A stretch of 64,000 nucleotides of DNA from an uncultured delta proteobacterium (GCA_963733345.1 CAVTDX010000109.1:1786-65785), one strand, 5' to 3'; positions 36,752 through 46,401 are shown, numbered from the stretch's first letter. Numbers and translations are program-made. Notes: a model not told the origin generated them from the letters alone.

Positions 36752-36850
36752 GCAAGGAAACCCACGAGGAGATACGGACGATGAGGCGCGACATCAGGGC
36801 GCTCTTCATGAGCGGCTATACAAGCGACGTAGTCCGCCTTCTCATCCCAT
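36735..36850 (+). pseudogene. Remnant of a receiver (REC) domain C-terminus
   Basis: A frame other than the kinase reads ..GKETHEEIRTMRRDIRALFMSGYTSDVV.., typical of the REC alpha4-beta5 region. No start, no proper stop, and it overlaps the convergent gene. Confidence 0.35.
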
Positions 36851-37824
36851 CAGGCATCCTCCCTCCTCAATATGGCCGCCCCTTCTTCAGGCAGGACGGA
36901 AACCGTGTAAAATTCGTCTTCCCGCTTGTATTTCGATTCTGTGCGCGGGAGGACCTCCAGATGCCAATGAAAATAGTCGTTCATGTGGGGACCTTCCGGT
37001 TCGCCAAGCTGCCAGGCCGCCGTGTTCGGAGAGGTATGGAACACTATGGAGTAGGAGCTTCTCAGACGTTCAATGCGCTTCATGGCGTCGAGGAAGACTC
37101 CTACAAAGTCTTCTTTTATGCGCTCATCCATCGAGGACTCAAAGCTGGGGCTATGACGCCGCGGAATGATCCAGATTTCGAACGATAAGCGGGACGCAAA
37201 GGGGCAGATAACCAGGAAGCGCTCCGTCGCAACGACGACCCGCCTGTTCTGTCTCGTCTCCTGGCTCACTATGTCGCACATGAGGCACCGCTCTTTTTGC
37301 ACGTAGTGATTCCTGGAATTGGCGAGCTCGAGGGAGAGCTGCTGAGGCACAATGGGCGTTGCAAGCACGTGCGAGTGCGGGTGAAAGATGCGCGACCCCG
37401 TGATTTCCCCGTGGTTCTTGAAGACCTGGACGTACTTTAAGCGCTTGTCTCTCTTCAGATCGACGATGCGTTCCGCATACATCTCGACGATGCGCGATAC
37501 GTCGAAGAACTCAAAAGTCGAAAAGGTCTTTGTGTGAGACCTGTCCTCTACGATGATCTCGTGCGCCCCGAGGGTCCCCATCTTGTCATAAAACCCCTCG
37601 GCCCTCTTAGCATCGCTCGCTTCTATCTCAAATACCGGGTTGATCGCGGGAAAGGAGCGCGCAAGCCATTGGCCCTGCCAGTCCCGTATCTCTCTTATCG
37701 AATGGGGCGTCAAGCGCTCGTTGCCCGGGCAGAAAGGACAAACGCCGGTTTCGCCCGTCTCGCCTTTCGTTACTCCGGCAACCACCCAGCTGCCCGTCAA
37801 AGGGTCCTTTCTGAACTCCCCCAT
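36850..37824 (-). CDS. Galactose-1-phosphate uridylyltransferase-family (GalT/HIT-like) nucleotidyltransferase
   Basis: FRKDPLTGSWVV..CPFCPGNE..FPA..VFKNHG...G.....HPHSH is the GalT pattern. 324 aa. Confidence 0.8.
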   Translation of the reverse strand: MGEFRKDPLTGSWVVAGVTKGETGETGVCPFCPGNERLTPHSIREIRDWQGQWLARSFPAINPVFEIEASDAKRAEGFYDKMGTLGAHEIIVEDRSHTKTFSTFEFFDVSRIVEMYAERIVDLKRDKRLKYVQVFKNHGEITGSRIFHPHSHVLATPIVPQQLSLELANSRNHYVQKERCLMCDIVSQETRQNRRVVVATERFLVICPFASRLSFEIWIIPRRHSPSFESSMDERIKEDFVGVFLDAMKRIERLRSSYSIVFHTSPNTAAWQLGEPEGPHMNDYFHWHLEVLPRTESKYKREDEFYTVSVLPEEGAAILRREDA

Positions 37825-37887
37825 AGATTAAAAATAAACACGTTTCGCCGCCGTTGTCAAAACCCTGAGGAGGCGCCGCTCGGAAGC

Positions 37888-37973
37888 GGTTGGGGGGACA
37901 CTCCTCTCGCCTCTTGTCTTTCGGAGGGGTGTCCCCCCTCAAGATTTATCGAGGGGGGCGACGGCAAGCCCCC
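37888..37973. repeat. REP-like cluster 3: two inverted units plus a conserved tail
   Basis: GGTTGGGGGGACACTCCTCTCGCC (37888-37911), GGAGGGGTGTCCCCCCTC (37923-37940), tail AGATTTATCGAGGGGGGCGACGGCAAGCCCCC (37942-37973). Confidence 0.9.
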
Positions 37974-37988
37974 TATAATTGCCTGTTT

Positions 37989-38017
37989 TTGACAATGCAT
38001 CCCGCCGGGTTTAGAAT
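37989..38017 (+). promoter_or_regulatory. Sigma70 promoter of uvrB; predicted leader only about 4-5 nt
   Basis: TTGACA (37989-37994), 17 nt spacer, TAGAAT (38012-38017). ATG at 38029, no Shine-Dalgarno. Confidence 0.5.
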
Positions 38018-38028
38018 ATTGCGCACTC

Positions 38029-40017
38029 ATGCAGCGATTCAAATTGAATGCCGCCTATAAGCCCGCGGGCGACCAGCCGCAGGCGATCGAAAAACTGGCC
38101 GCGAATGTACTGGCAGGCGTGCCGGACCAGGTGCTCCTCGGCGTCACCGGGTCGGGCAAGACATTCACCATGGCGAGCGTGGTCGAGCGCGTCCAGCGGC
38201 CCACCCTCGTCATGTCCCACAACAAGACGCTGGCGGCCCAGCTCTTCACGGAATTCAAGACCCTTTTCCCGGAGAACGGGGTCCACTTCTTCGTGAGCTA
38301 CTACGATTACTATCAGCCGGAGGCCTACGTGCCGCCGACGGACACTTACATAGAGAAGGACTCATCCATCAACGAAGAGATCGACAAGCTGCGCCTGTCT
38401 GCGACGAACGCCCTCTTCGAAAGGGACGACGTGCTCATCGTCGCGAGCGTCTCATGCATCTACGGCCTCGGCTCTCCGGAGGCTTATTACGGCATGCTCA
38501 TCTACCTTGAGGCTAATGACCGCATTGAGCGCAAGGCCCTGCTCGACAAGCTCATACAGTGCCAGTACGAGCGGAACGACGTCGACTTCTACCGGGGCAG
38601 GTTCAGGCTGAGGGGCGCGAACATCGACGTCTTCCCGGCGTATGAAGCGGAGAGGGCGATCCGGATCGTTCTCGATGACGACGTCGTCTCGGACATCTAT
38701 GCCGTCGATCCCCTTACCGGCAAGGTCTTGGAGAGGCTGACCAGGTGCACCATATACCCGGCGACCCACTACGTAACCCCGAAAGAACGGCTGGAGGCGG
38801 CAGTCTTCACCATCGAGGAAGAGCTTGCCGGCCGGCTCAAGGAGCTGAAAGAGGCAGGGAAGCTACTCGAAGCCCAAAGGCTCGAGGGGAGGACCAGGTA
38901 CGATTTGGAGATGCTCAGGGAGATCGGCTATTGCCAGGGCATCGAGAACTATTCGAGGCATCTGACAGGACGGCGGCCCGGAGAGGCGCCTCCCACCCTC
39001 ATGGATTACCTGCCGAAGAATGCCCTGGTCATGATAGATGAGAGCCATGCGACAGTGCCCCAGATCCAGGGCATGTTCAGGGGGGACAGGTCGCGGAAGA
39101 CGACGCTCGTCGAATACGGTTTCCGCCTCCCGTCGGCCCTCGACAACCGCCCCCTCACCTTTGAGGAGTTTCAGGGGCGCGTCAGGCAGGCCGTCTATGT
39201 CTCGGCGACGCCCGCGACCTACGAGCTTACCCGGGCGAAAGGGCGCGTGGTGGAGCAGATCGTCCGTCCCACGGGACTCATCGATCCGACCATCGACGTG
39301 AAGCCTGCCCGCAATCAGGTGGATTCGCTCCTCGCGGAGGTGAAGAAGACCATCGCGAAAAAGGAGAGGACCCTCATTACGACGCTCACCAAGCGGTTTG
39401 CCGAAGACTTGACGGACTTCCTGATAGATGCGGGCATAAAGGCCAAGTACCTCCATTCGGAGGTCGATACCCTCGAAAGGATCGCCATCGTCCGCGACCT
39501 GCGGCTCGGGAAGTTCGACGTCCTCGTGGGCGTCAACCTGCTCCGGGAAGGGCTCGACCTGCCGGAGGTCTCCCTCGTCGCCATCCTCGATGCGGATAAG
39601 GAGGGATTCCTGCGCTCCGACACTTCGTTGATCCAGACATGCGGCAGGGCGGCCCGGAACATCAACGGACACGTAGTCATGTTCGCCGACAAGATCACCG
39701 ATTCGATGAGGCGGACCATAGACGAGACCGCCAGGCGGCGCACGGTGCAGACCGCCTACAACGAGGCCAACGGCATAACGCCTGAAGGCATCAAGAAGTC
39801 GATTGTCGATATCCTTTCTTCTATCTACGAGAAGGATTACTATACTGTGGACGCGGACGGGTCCGAGGCGCCGGACGTAGATCCGAAGAAGCTGTCGAAG
39901 ATGGTGAAAAAGCTGAAAAAAGACATCAACGAGGCGGCAAAGAGATGGGACTTCGAGAGGGCGGCCCATCTAAGGGACAGGCTGACGAAGCTCGAGCAGA
40001 TGGAGCTGACCGGATAA
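38029..40017 (+). CDS. uvrB: Excinuclease ABC subunit B
   Basis: F.L...[34 protein letters not shown]-terminal UVR motif [17 protein letters not shown]. Confidence 0.95.
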   Translation: MQRFKLNAAYKPAGDQPQAIEKLAANVLAGVPDQVLLGVTGSGKTFTMASVVERVQRPTLVMSHNKTLAAQLFTEFKTLFPENGVHFFVSYYDYYQPEAYVPPTDTYIEKDSSINEEIDKLRLSATNALFERDDVLIVASVSCIYGLGSPEAYYGMLIYLEANDRIERKALLDKLIQCQYERNDVDFYRGRFRLRGANIDVFPAYEAERAIRIVLDDDVVSDIYAVDPLTGKVLERLTRCTIYPATHYVTPKERLEAAVFTIEEELAGRLKELKEAGKLLEAQRLEGRTRYDLEMLREIGYCQGIENYSRHLTGRRPGEAPPTLMDYLPKNALVMIDESHATVPQIQGMFRGDRSRKTTLVEYGFRLPSALDNRPLTFEEFQGRVRQAVYVSATPATYELTRAKGRVVEQIVRPTGLIDPTIDVKPARNQVDSLLAEVKKTIAKKERTLITTLTKRFAEDLTDFLIDAGIKAKYLHSEVDTLERIAIVRDLRLGKFDVLVGVNLLREGLDLPEVSLVAILDADKEGFLRSDTSLIQTCGRAARNINGHVVMFADKITDSMRRTIDETARRRTVQTAYNEANGITPEGIKKSIVDILSSIYEKDYYTVDADGSEAPDVDPKKLSKMVKKLKKDINEAAKRWDFERAAHLRDRLTKLEQMELTG

Positions 40018-40021
40018 ACCT

Positions 40022-40105
40022 GGAGGGGGGACACTCCTCTCGCCCCTTGTCTTTCGGAGGGGTGCCCCCCAACCTTTAGCTGGCGAGAGGAGTGTCCCCC
40101 CAACC
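40022..40105. repeat. REP-like cluster 4: three units, the last abutting the uvrC start codon
   Basis: GGAGGGGGGACACTCCTCTCGCC (40022-44), GGAGGGGTGCCCCCCAACC (40056-74), GGCGAGAGGAGTGTCCCCCCAACC (40082-105). Confidence 0.9.
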
Positions 40106-41869
40106 TTGATTTCCGACGACTATATAAACAACCTGCCCGAAGGCCCCGGCGTCTACCTTTTCAAAGACGGGGCAAAGGAGATCCTCTACGTCGGCAAGGC
40201 GAGAAGCCTCAAGGACCGGGTCAGGAGCTATTTCAGAAAGGGGAAAAAGGACGGCAAGACCGAGCGGCTGGTGAGGCGCGTCGAAGATATGTCGATCGTG
40301 CTGACCAGAAATGAAAAAGAGGCCTTCCTGCTGGAGAACAACCTCATCAAGGAGCACCAGCCGAAGTACAACATGGTGCTGAAGGACGACAAGACATATG
40401 TCTCCCTGAGGCTAAGCGTGCAGGACAAGTTCCCGGCCTTGAGCATCACGAGGAAGATCGAAAACGACGGCGCCCTCTATTTCGGGCCCCATCCCCATGC
40501 AAAGGACGCAAAGGACCTCCTGAAGGTGGTTCAATCCCTCTATCCCATGAGAAGGTGCAGGGACGCCGCCTTCATGCGCAGGAGCAGGCCGTGCATCCTC
40601 GCGGGCCTCTCCAAGTGTCCGGCCCCGTGCGTGGGGGCGATAGATGAAAAGACGTACCGCGCTATTGTGGAGGAAGTGGCGGACTTTCTCCAGGGAAGGA
40701 ACGAGAAGCTGCTGAGGATGCTCGAAAGGCAGATCGCAGAAGCGGCCCGCTCATGGAATTTCGAGGAGGCCCAGGCCAAGAAACAGAAATTTGGCGCGCT
40801 GAAACGGCTCGTCGAGAAGCAGCGGGTCCACGAGCACCTGGGGATAAACAGGGACGCCTGGGGCTTTCTTGCCGAAGAGGGGCGGCTCAAGATGGTTGTC
40901 CTCACGTTCAGAAAGGGCGTGCTAATCTCGAAAAGGACTTTCAAACAGCCTTTTGCCCCCGACCTGGACGACGCGCTCTCTTCTTTTTTGTTCCAGTACT
41001 ACAGCGCCAGACCAATCCCCGACGAAATAATCCTCTCCGAGGAGATCCGGGACAGGCAGGTGCTGGAGCAGGCTTTGCAGGAAAAGAAAAAGGGACGGGT
41101 GCGCATCCACGGGCCGTCCGACAGCGGCGCAGCGGACACGATCAGGCTCGCCGTCGAGAACCTTCACGAGGTTGAGACGATAGCGCTCGACGAGGCGTTC
41201 AAGAAGATGCTCCGCCTCTCGAGGCCTCCCAAAAGGATCGAGGTCTACGATATTTCTCATACCCACGGGCAAAGCCCGTCTGGCATCATGGTCGTCTTTG
41301 AGGACTTCAAGGCAAAAAAAACGGATTACAGAGTATTCCACATACGGGAAGCCGCGACCGAGGACGACGTGGCTATGATGGGCGAAGTGCTGCGCCGGCG
41401 CATCGACGACGAGCGCATACGGCCTCTGCCGGACCTGGCGGTGATCGACGGCGGAAAGGCCCAGTTGGCCAAGGCTCATGCCCTGTTCAGGGGAATGACG
41501 CCTCCGGTCGATGCGGTGAGCATCGCGAAAGGCGAGAGGCGCAGGAGAATGGAAGACTTTTTCTATCTGCCTTTCAGGAAGAACCCTCTCCTCCTCCCGA
41601 AATCCTCGCCCGTGTTCAAAGAGCTTGTGCGCATGAGGGACGAAGCGCACCGCTTCGCCATCGCTTCCCACAAAAAGTGGAAAAGACGGGAAGACCTGAC
41701 CTCGGCGCTCACCGCCGTCAAGGGCGTTGGGAAGAAGAGAGCCATGGCGCTGCTAGCGGCCTTCCCCTCGGTAGAGGAAATAAAGGGGGCAAGCGTCGAG
41801 CAGATCGCCCGCATCAGGGGCCTCAACCGGCGGGTCGCCGAAGAAATACTGAGGACTATGGAAGAATAG
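40106..41869 (+). CDS. uvrC: Excinuclease ABC subunit C
   Basis: LPEGPGVYLFKD..EILYVGKARSLKDRVRSYF (GIY-YIG), UVR domain, and C-terminal HhH. TTG start directly after a repeat unit. Confidence 0.9.
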   Translation: MISDDYINNLPEGPGVYLFKDGAKEILYVGKARSLKDRVRSYFRKGKKDGKTERLVRRVEDMSIVLTRNEKEAFLLENNLIKEHQPKYNMVLKDDKTYVSLRLSVQDKFPALSITRKIENDGALYFGPHPHAKDAKDLLKVVQSLYPMRRCRDAAFMRRSRPCILAGLSKCPAPCVGAIDEKTYRAIVEEVADFLQGRNEKLLRMLERQIAEAARSWNFEEAQAKKQKFGALKRLVEKQRVHEHLGINRDAWGFLAEEGRLKMVVLTFRKGVLISKRTFKQPFAPDLDDALSSFLFQYYSARPIPDEIILSEEIRDRQVLEQALQEKKKGRVRIHGPSDSGAADTIRLAVENLHEVETIALDEAFKKMLRLSRPPKRIEVYDISHTHGQSPSGIMVVFEDFKAKKTDYRVFHIREAATEDDVAMMGEVLRRRIDDERIRPLPDLAVIDGGKAQLAKAHALFRGMTPPVDAVSIAKGERRRRMEDFFYLPFRKNPLLLPKSSPVFKELVRMRDEAHRFAIASHKKWKRREDLTSALTAVKGVGKKRAMALLAAFPSVEEIKGASVEQIARIRGLNRRVAEEILRTMEE

Positions 41870-41948
41870 GCGCCATATCCATCGGCGACGGCGAGCCTTC
41901 GCTTATCCTCATTGTTCGGGTCGCGCCGGCCGCGCTCCCGGTTTGATA

Positions 41949-41977
41949 TTGACATAGCGTAATCCTCATGCTAATTT
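41949..41977 (+). promoter_or_regulatory. Sigma70 promoter with an extended -10
   Basis: TTGACA (41949-41954), 17 nt spacer, TGcTAATTT (-10 at 41972-41977). About 170-nt leader to ATG 42150. Confidence 0.45.
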
Positions 41978-42149
41978 CTCTCGTCATTGCAGCTTCCCTA
42001 ATATATCCGCGGCCGGTCCGGCGGCTCGGCATCGAGTTTCGGAGAAGTTTTCGCCGCATCGAAGGCCCGCGGAGTTGCCTGACGGCGCGGGTGGACGGCG
42101 GGGACCAACCGACATGAGGCGTAACGATTAGCGAGTCAGGAGGAAAAGC

Positions 42150-42542
42150 ATGAAGCTTCGTCCACACCACATATTCTGCACGGGGTTTCTGACAGAAGCG
42201 TTGCCGGAACGGGGAGAGAGCTTTTTGCGGGTCGAGCAAACGGTCAGGGACGTCGTCTGCTCAGACGACGAAACCCCTGTTGAAGCAGCCGAGGGCGTAG
42301 ACGAACTCTGCCATGTGTGCCCGCACTGCCGGGACGACCGTTGCGAGCATCCGCGAGGAAAGGAAGAAGGCGTCAGGAAATGGGACGGCATCTTGATGAA
42401 AAACCTGGGGATATCCTACGGCGAAACGAGAACATCAAGAGAATGGCGTCTCCTTATCCGTGAAAAGGCGCCCCTCGGCTTCTGTCAAACGCGATGTCCG
42501 TCCAGATCCGGGTGCACGATCAGCCGCTATTCCTCCGGCTAA
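42150..42542 (+). CDS. DUF1284-family Cys-rich protein
   Basis: MKLRPHHIFCTGF.. and DELCHVCPHC..C match the DUF1284 pattern. AGGAGGA RBS. Confidence 0.65.
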   Translation: MKLRPHHIFCTGFLTEALPERGESFLRVEQTVRDVVCSDDETPVEAAEGVDELCHVCPHCRDDRCEHPRGKEEGVRKWDGILMKNLGISYGETRTSREWRLLIREKAPLGFCQTRCPSRSGCTISRYSSG

Positions 42543-42645
42543 AGAACCGGCGATCGCCGCGGTCTTCGCTTCGTCTGCCCCGGCGGCATCGCGGCGCAAG
42601 TTGACTTTTAGCTTAGCCTGTGCTAAAAATTGCTCAAAGGCAGAT

Positions 42646-42721
42646 GGTGAGTGTAGCTCAGCGGTAGAGCGCCGGGCTGTGGACCCGGATGCCGAGGGTT
42701 CGAACCCCTTCACTCACCCCA
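42646..42721 (+). tRNA. tRNA-His (anticodon GTG) with G-1 and encoded CCA
   Basis: Hand-folded cloverleaf: acceptor G-1/GTGAGTG..CACTCAC/C, D arm GCTC-AGCGGTA-GAGC, anticodon arm CCGGG-CTGTGGA-CCCGG, T arm GAGGG-TTCGAAC-CCCTT. Confidence 0.9.
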
Positions 42722-42767
42722 GACTATTATTCATCGGAGGCTAAAGGCTGTGGAAAAAGGACAGCTT

Positions 42768-42929
42768 ATGGAGAAAGTCGGAACGGCGGCCAAGGACGGC
42801 AAGATATCGTGCCAGAGGGCCCTTGGGCTGGCGCGTGAAATTGGCATCTCTCCCAAGGAGCTTGGCGACCTTCTCAACGAGATGAAGATCAAGATCGATG
42901 CCTGTCAGCTCGGCTGCTTCCCAAAATAG
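42768..42929 (+). CDS. Small conserved-looking protein (53 aa, below the ORF-track cutoff)
   Basis: MEKVGTAAKDGKISCQRALGLAREIGISPKELGDLLNEMKIKIDACQLGCFPK. AAAGGA RBS. Followed by a strong terminator. Confidence 0.5.
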   Translation: MEKVGTAAKDGKISCQRALGLAREIGISPKELGDLLNEMKIKIDACQLGCFPK

Positions 42930-42947
42930 AATCGACAATAATGGCGC

Positions 42948-42981
42948 AAAAAAAAGGGCTTGCTTGCAAGCCCTTTTTTTT
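42948..42981. terminator. Bidirectional rho-independent terminator
   Basis: A8-GGGCTTGC-TT-GCAAGCCC-T8 between convergent genes. Confidence 0.8.
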
Positions 42982-42995
42982 GCATTATAGTCGGT

Positions 42996-43409
42996 CTATG
43001 CCTTCGCAATTTCGAACGAGACCTGGCCGTCGTCATACCTGAGGGGCCGGATTGTCACGTCCATGCCGACCTTCACGTCCCCAGGCTTGATGTCCTTCGA
43101 CAGGCGGGCGAAGAGCTTGAGCCCGCCGTCGAAATCGACTACCCCCATGGTGTAGGGAGGGTCGCCTTCGAAGCCGAAGGGGGCGTAATAGGCGGTAGTA
43201 AAGGTCTCGAGCCTGCCCTTCTTCGGCATTTCAAACCAATCCATCTCTTTCGAGAGGCAAGCCGCACAGTCGGCTCTCGGAGGGAAGAACTTGGTCCCAC
43301 ACTTTTTGCAGACCGCGCCCTCAATCTTGCCCTCTGTCAGCAGATCGACGAATTTCCCCGTTTTTGTCACTGCGGTAAAGCTTTTTCTTCCGAATTTTTC
43401 GAAGCCCAT
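42996..43409 (-). CDS. DUF35 OB-fold/zinc-ribbon acyl-CoA-associated protein
   Basis: CKKCGTKFFPPRADCAAC.. zinc ribbon followed by an OB-fold region. Paired with the upstream thiolase-like gene. Confidence 0.8.
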   Translation of the reverse strand: MGFEKFGRKSFTAVTKTGKFVDLLTEGKIEGAVCKKCGTKFFPPRADCAACLSKEMDWFEMPKKGRLETFTTAYYAPFGFEGDPPYTMGVVDFDGGLKLFARLSKDIKPGDVKVGMDVTIRPLRYDDGQVSFEIAKA

Positions 43410-43412
43410 TTC

Positions 43413-44594
43413 TCACCTCCCGAATATTGTCACATTGCCGTATAGACCCACGCCGCCGACATTGTGCACGAGACCTACGTCGGGTTCGCCCGGAACCTGC
43501 ATAGGGCCTGCCTCGCCGCGAAGCTGGAGCACGATTGTCCTCATCTGCGAGCCGCCGGTGGCGCCGATGGGATGGCCCTTTGAGAGGAGACCGCCGTCGA
43601 CGTTAACGGGTATCCTGCCTTCCTTGTAGGTCGCTTTTTCCCGGATCAATTGCTTGCCTTCTCCCATAGGCGCGAACCCGAGACCCTCATAGGCCATGAC
43701 CTCGGCGATCGTAAAGCAGTCGTGCACCTCGGCCACCTTGATGTCCTTCACGCTGACGCGGGCCATCTTGTAGGCCTGTTCCGCCGCCTTGTAGCCGACG
43801 CTCAGCCCCTTGGCGAAGTCAGGCCTCGCCGCCATGTTGACCGCTTCGGAGGCGGCGCCGATGCCCATGACCCAGACGGGTTTTTTGGAGAGGGCCCTGG
43901 CCTTTTCCTTGTTCGCGAGGATAATGCACGAGCTGCCGTCCGCATTGGCGCAGCAGTCGCCTACCCTCAAGGGCCATGCAACGGGACCCGCCATCTTTGC
44001 CTCGGGATTGTTCGCATCGAAATCTGCGGCCTTGACCCCTTTCCTGTAGACGGCCCGCTCGTTTGTCGTCCCGTAGGTCGCCGACTTCAGCCTCACATCC
44101 CGGAGGTCGTCGTGGGTTAGGCCGTTCTTCGCCATGTACGCCTGGGCATACAGCGCGTAGTAGGCGGGCATCATCGTGCCGAAAGGCGCCTCCCACTGGA
44201 TGTCGGCGCCCCGCCCCATCCTCTCCTGGGATTCTGCCGAAGTGATCTCGGACATCTTCTGAAAGCCGACTACGACCACCACATCGTGAAGTCCCGATTT
44301 GACCATGCCGTAGCCGACCTTTACGCCTGTGCTGCTCGACGAGCAGACAGTCTCGACATAAAACGTAGGCTGGGGAATGAGGCCGAGATATTCCGCGAGC
44401 ACCCCTGCCGGGGACCTCTGCTTGTCGTACTCGGGGGCCGAGCAGAAGATGGAGGCGTCGACGTCCTTTTGCGTGATGCCCGCATCCTGCATGGCTTCCC
44501 TGAAAGCCTCGAAGGCCAGCTCGCGGATGGAGCCTTCGTAGCCCCGCACGAATAAGCTCTGGCCTACCCCGATCACTGCGACGTCCTTTTCCAT
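43413..44594 (-). CDS. Thiolase-like (SCP-x/propanoyl-CoA C-acyltransferase type) protein
   Basis: MEKDVAVIGVGQS..ETVCSSSS..CFTIAEVMAYEGLGF..NVDGGLLSKGHPIGATG. AAAGGAGGGA RBS before ATG 44594. Confidence 0.85.
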   Translation of the reverse strand: MEKDVAVIGVGQSLFVRGYEGSIRELAFEAFREAMQDAGITQKDVDASIFCSAPEYDKQRSPAGVLAEYLGLIPQPTFYVETVCSSSSTGVKVGYGMVKSGLHDVVVVVGFQKMSEITSAESQERMGRGADIQWEAPFGTMMPAYYALYAQAYMAKNGLTHDDLRDVRLKSATYGTTNERAVYRKGVKAADFDANNPEAKMAGPVAWPLRVGDCCANADGSSCIILANKEKARALSKKPVWVMGIGAASEAVNMAARPDFAKGLSVGYKAAEQAYKMARVSVKDIKVAEVHDCFTIAEVMAYEGLGFAPMGEGKQLIREKATYKEGRIPVNVDGGLLSKGHPIGATGGSQMRTIVLQLRGEAGPMQVPGEPDVGLVHNVGGVGLYGNVTIFGR

Positions 44595-44620
44595 AAAATC
44601 CCTCCTTTTTACCCTATTCT

Positions 44621-44831
44621 TGTTTTCTGCTCCTGTGCAATTATTGGGCGCCCCTTCCACCGGCAAAGCCGGCGGAGCCTCCCTGCTCGCAAAAGCAAGC
44701 ATCCCTTCAATGCTGTTTTCTGCTCCTGTTCAATTATTGGGGCTCGAGCGCCCCCTCCACCGGCAAAGCCGGCGGAGCCTCCCTGCTCGCAAAAGCAAGC
44801 ATCCCTTCAATGCTGTTTTCTGCTCCTGTTC
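44621..44831. repeat. Tandem direct repeat of 93-100 bp, 2.2 copies, including the last codons of mltG
   Basis: Copies at 44621-44713, 44714-44813 (with a 7-nt GCTCGAG insertion and 2 substitutions) and a partial copy at 44814-44831. Confidence 0.95.
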
Positions 44832-45814
44832 TTTTGATAAAGCGCGACAAAATGGTTGTGTTCCTCGACTGTCCTGGAGAAAACATGGCTTCCGTCGTTT
44901 CTCGAAACAAAATAGATCATGTCGCTTTCCCGAGGCCAGAGAGCGGCCATGATCGAGCTTCTTGAAGGACTGCATATCGGCCCCTTCGGCAGCCCCTTGA
45001 ATTTGTAAGTATTGTACGGCGTCTGGGCTTCGATGTCGGCTTTCTTCAAGTCCCTGTTGAAGCTTTCCCGGCCGTAGATCACGGTCGGGTCCGCGTCGAG
45101 GGTCATGCCAAGCCTCATCCTGTTGTGAAAAACGGCCGAAATCGCGCCCTTTTCCTTCTCCAGCTTCGCCTCCTTTTCTATGATCGATGCGAGGGACAAG
45201 ACCTCGAACGCATCCATGCCCATCTCACGCATCCTTTGCTCGATATCTGCCCCTTCAAAGAACCTGAGCGTCCTTTGAACGATTTTTCCCAGGAATTCAT
45301 CGACCCCGGTCTCTTTGCTGAAAAAATACGTATCCGGGTCTAGATAGCCCTCCAGCGAATCGGAGGGGATGCCCAGCGACGTAAGGAACTTCCGGTCATG
45401 CGCCAGTTGGAGGAACGCTTTCGGGTCCATGATCCCCGATCTCCCGATCGCCTCGCCGATCGTGTAGACGTTGTAGCCCTCTACGATTTTCAGCGCGTAG
45501 AGCTTTCTCTCGCCCCTGGCCATCTTCTTCGCAATGGCAAACGTCGACATGCCGGGTGAAAGCTCATATTCCCCGGCCACGATCCTGCCTTTACAAGCCG
45601 CCAGAGAGCAGAAGAGAAAAAGGTACCCGGAGAAGACAAGGTCTCTGCTCTTCAGGGCGTGGGCAACGGCGCTCATCTTTGTTCGTTTTTTCACAATAAA
45701 GCTCGAACGGGCACCGTCTCTGCCTCTCGGCGTAATGGCGCAGACGAACGGGAGCGCGGCGGCGAAAACAAGGATTGCGATAGCGGCAAGAGGCTTACTT
45801 GGGCCCCTGGGCAT
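44807..45814 (-). CDS. mltG: Endolytic murein transglycosylase MltG (YceG-like)
   Basis: ..AGEYELSPGMS..IVEGYN...I...L..DSLEGYL.PDTY..ASIIEKEA...E...ISAVFHNR...GM.L..DPTV.Y..YNTY...GLP.GPI..P. Confidence 0.85.
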   Translation of the reverse strand: MPRGPSKPLAAIAILVFAAALPFVCAITPRGRDGARSSFIVKKRTKMSAVAHALKSRDLVFSGYLFLFCSLAACKGRIVAGEYELSPGMSTFAIAKKMARGERKLYALKIVEGYNVYTIGEAIGRSGIMDPKAFLQLAHDRKFLTSLGIPSDSLEGYLDPDTYFFSKETGVDEFLGKIVQRTLRFFEGADIEQRMREMGMDAFEVLSLASIIEKEAKLEKEKGAISAVFHNRMRLGMTLDADPTVIYGRESFNRDLKKADIEAQTPYNTYKFKGLPKGPICSPSRSSIMAALWPRESDMIYFVSRNDGSHVFSRTVEEHNHFVALYQKNRSRKQH

Positions 45815-46214
45815 CGAGATATCCCTGAAGAATGATCTGCGCAGCCATCACGTCGATTGCGCCTTTGCGCTTTTTCCTCTTGACGGACGCCATGTCGAAG
45901 ATCCTGTGGGCTTCGTCCGTGCTGAACCTTTCGTCCCAGAGATCCACCGGCACGCCCGAGGCTTCCCTGAGGGCCTCCGCGAGGGCCATCATCCGCTGCG
46001 CCTTCGGTCCGATTGTTCCGTTCAGGTTTTTCGGCAAACCTACGACGATGAGGGAGACCTCGAACTGCCGCGCCAGTTCCGCGATCGCCGCCGCATCGCC
46101 GGCCTGAGATCCGCTCGAAGCGAGAAGCTTCAAACCCTGCGCTATCTTGCAGCCCCCGTCCGACAGGGCGACGCCGATCCTCTTTTCTCCTACGTCGACA
46201 GCCAGGATGCGCAC
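45795..46214 (-). CDS. ruvX: Putative pre-16S rRNA nuclease / Holliday junction resolvase-like YqgF (RuvX)
   Basis: VRILAVDVGEKRIGVALSD..LIVVGLP.NLNGT.G..A.....F. GTG 46214 preferred over ATG 46277, which would add 21 atypical residues. Confidence 0.75.
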   Translation of the reverse strand: MRILAVDVGEKRIGVALSDGGCKIAQGLKLLASSGSQAGDAAAIAELARQFEVSLIVVGLPKNLNGTIGPKAQRMMALAEALREASGVPVDLWDERFSTDEAHRIFDMASVKRKKRKGAIDVMAAQIILQGYLDAQGPK

Positions 46215-46372
46215 GGTAAAGAGTAGCACAGCGGCCACTCGGAGTGCAATAGATAGAGAGCGATAAACAGCCGGCATGAGCGAAGCGGGGTTGAAGGACC
46301 TTCAAAAATGGAGCAAACCCGGGACAGACGGGAAGGCAGGCGCAGGAGCGCCTTGGCTCGCTATGGATGGCC

Positions 46373-46401
46373 TTCCAAGCGGTCCCGTGAACGTGTATAA
46401 T
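46373..46401 (+). promoter_or_regulatory. Possible sigma70 promoter with an extended -10
   Basis: TTCCAA (46373-78), 17 nt spacer, TGtATAAT (-10 at 46396-46401). 50 nt upstream of ATG 46451. Confidence 0.35.

Noticed and set aside
42646-42960. tRNA-His as an integration hotspot, with a prophage or island expected downstream
   Set aside because: No integrase, no repeat of the tRNA 3' end, and the downstream genes (small ORF, DUF35/thiolase) look like ordinary metabolism.
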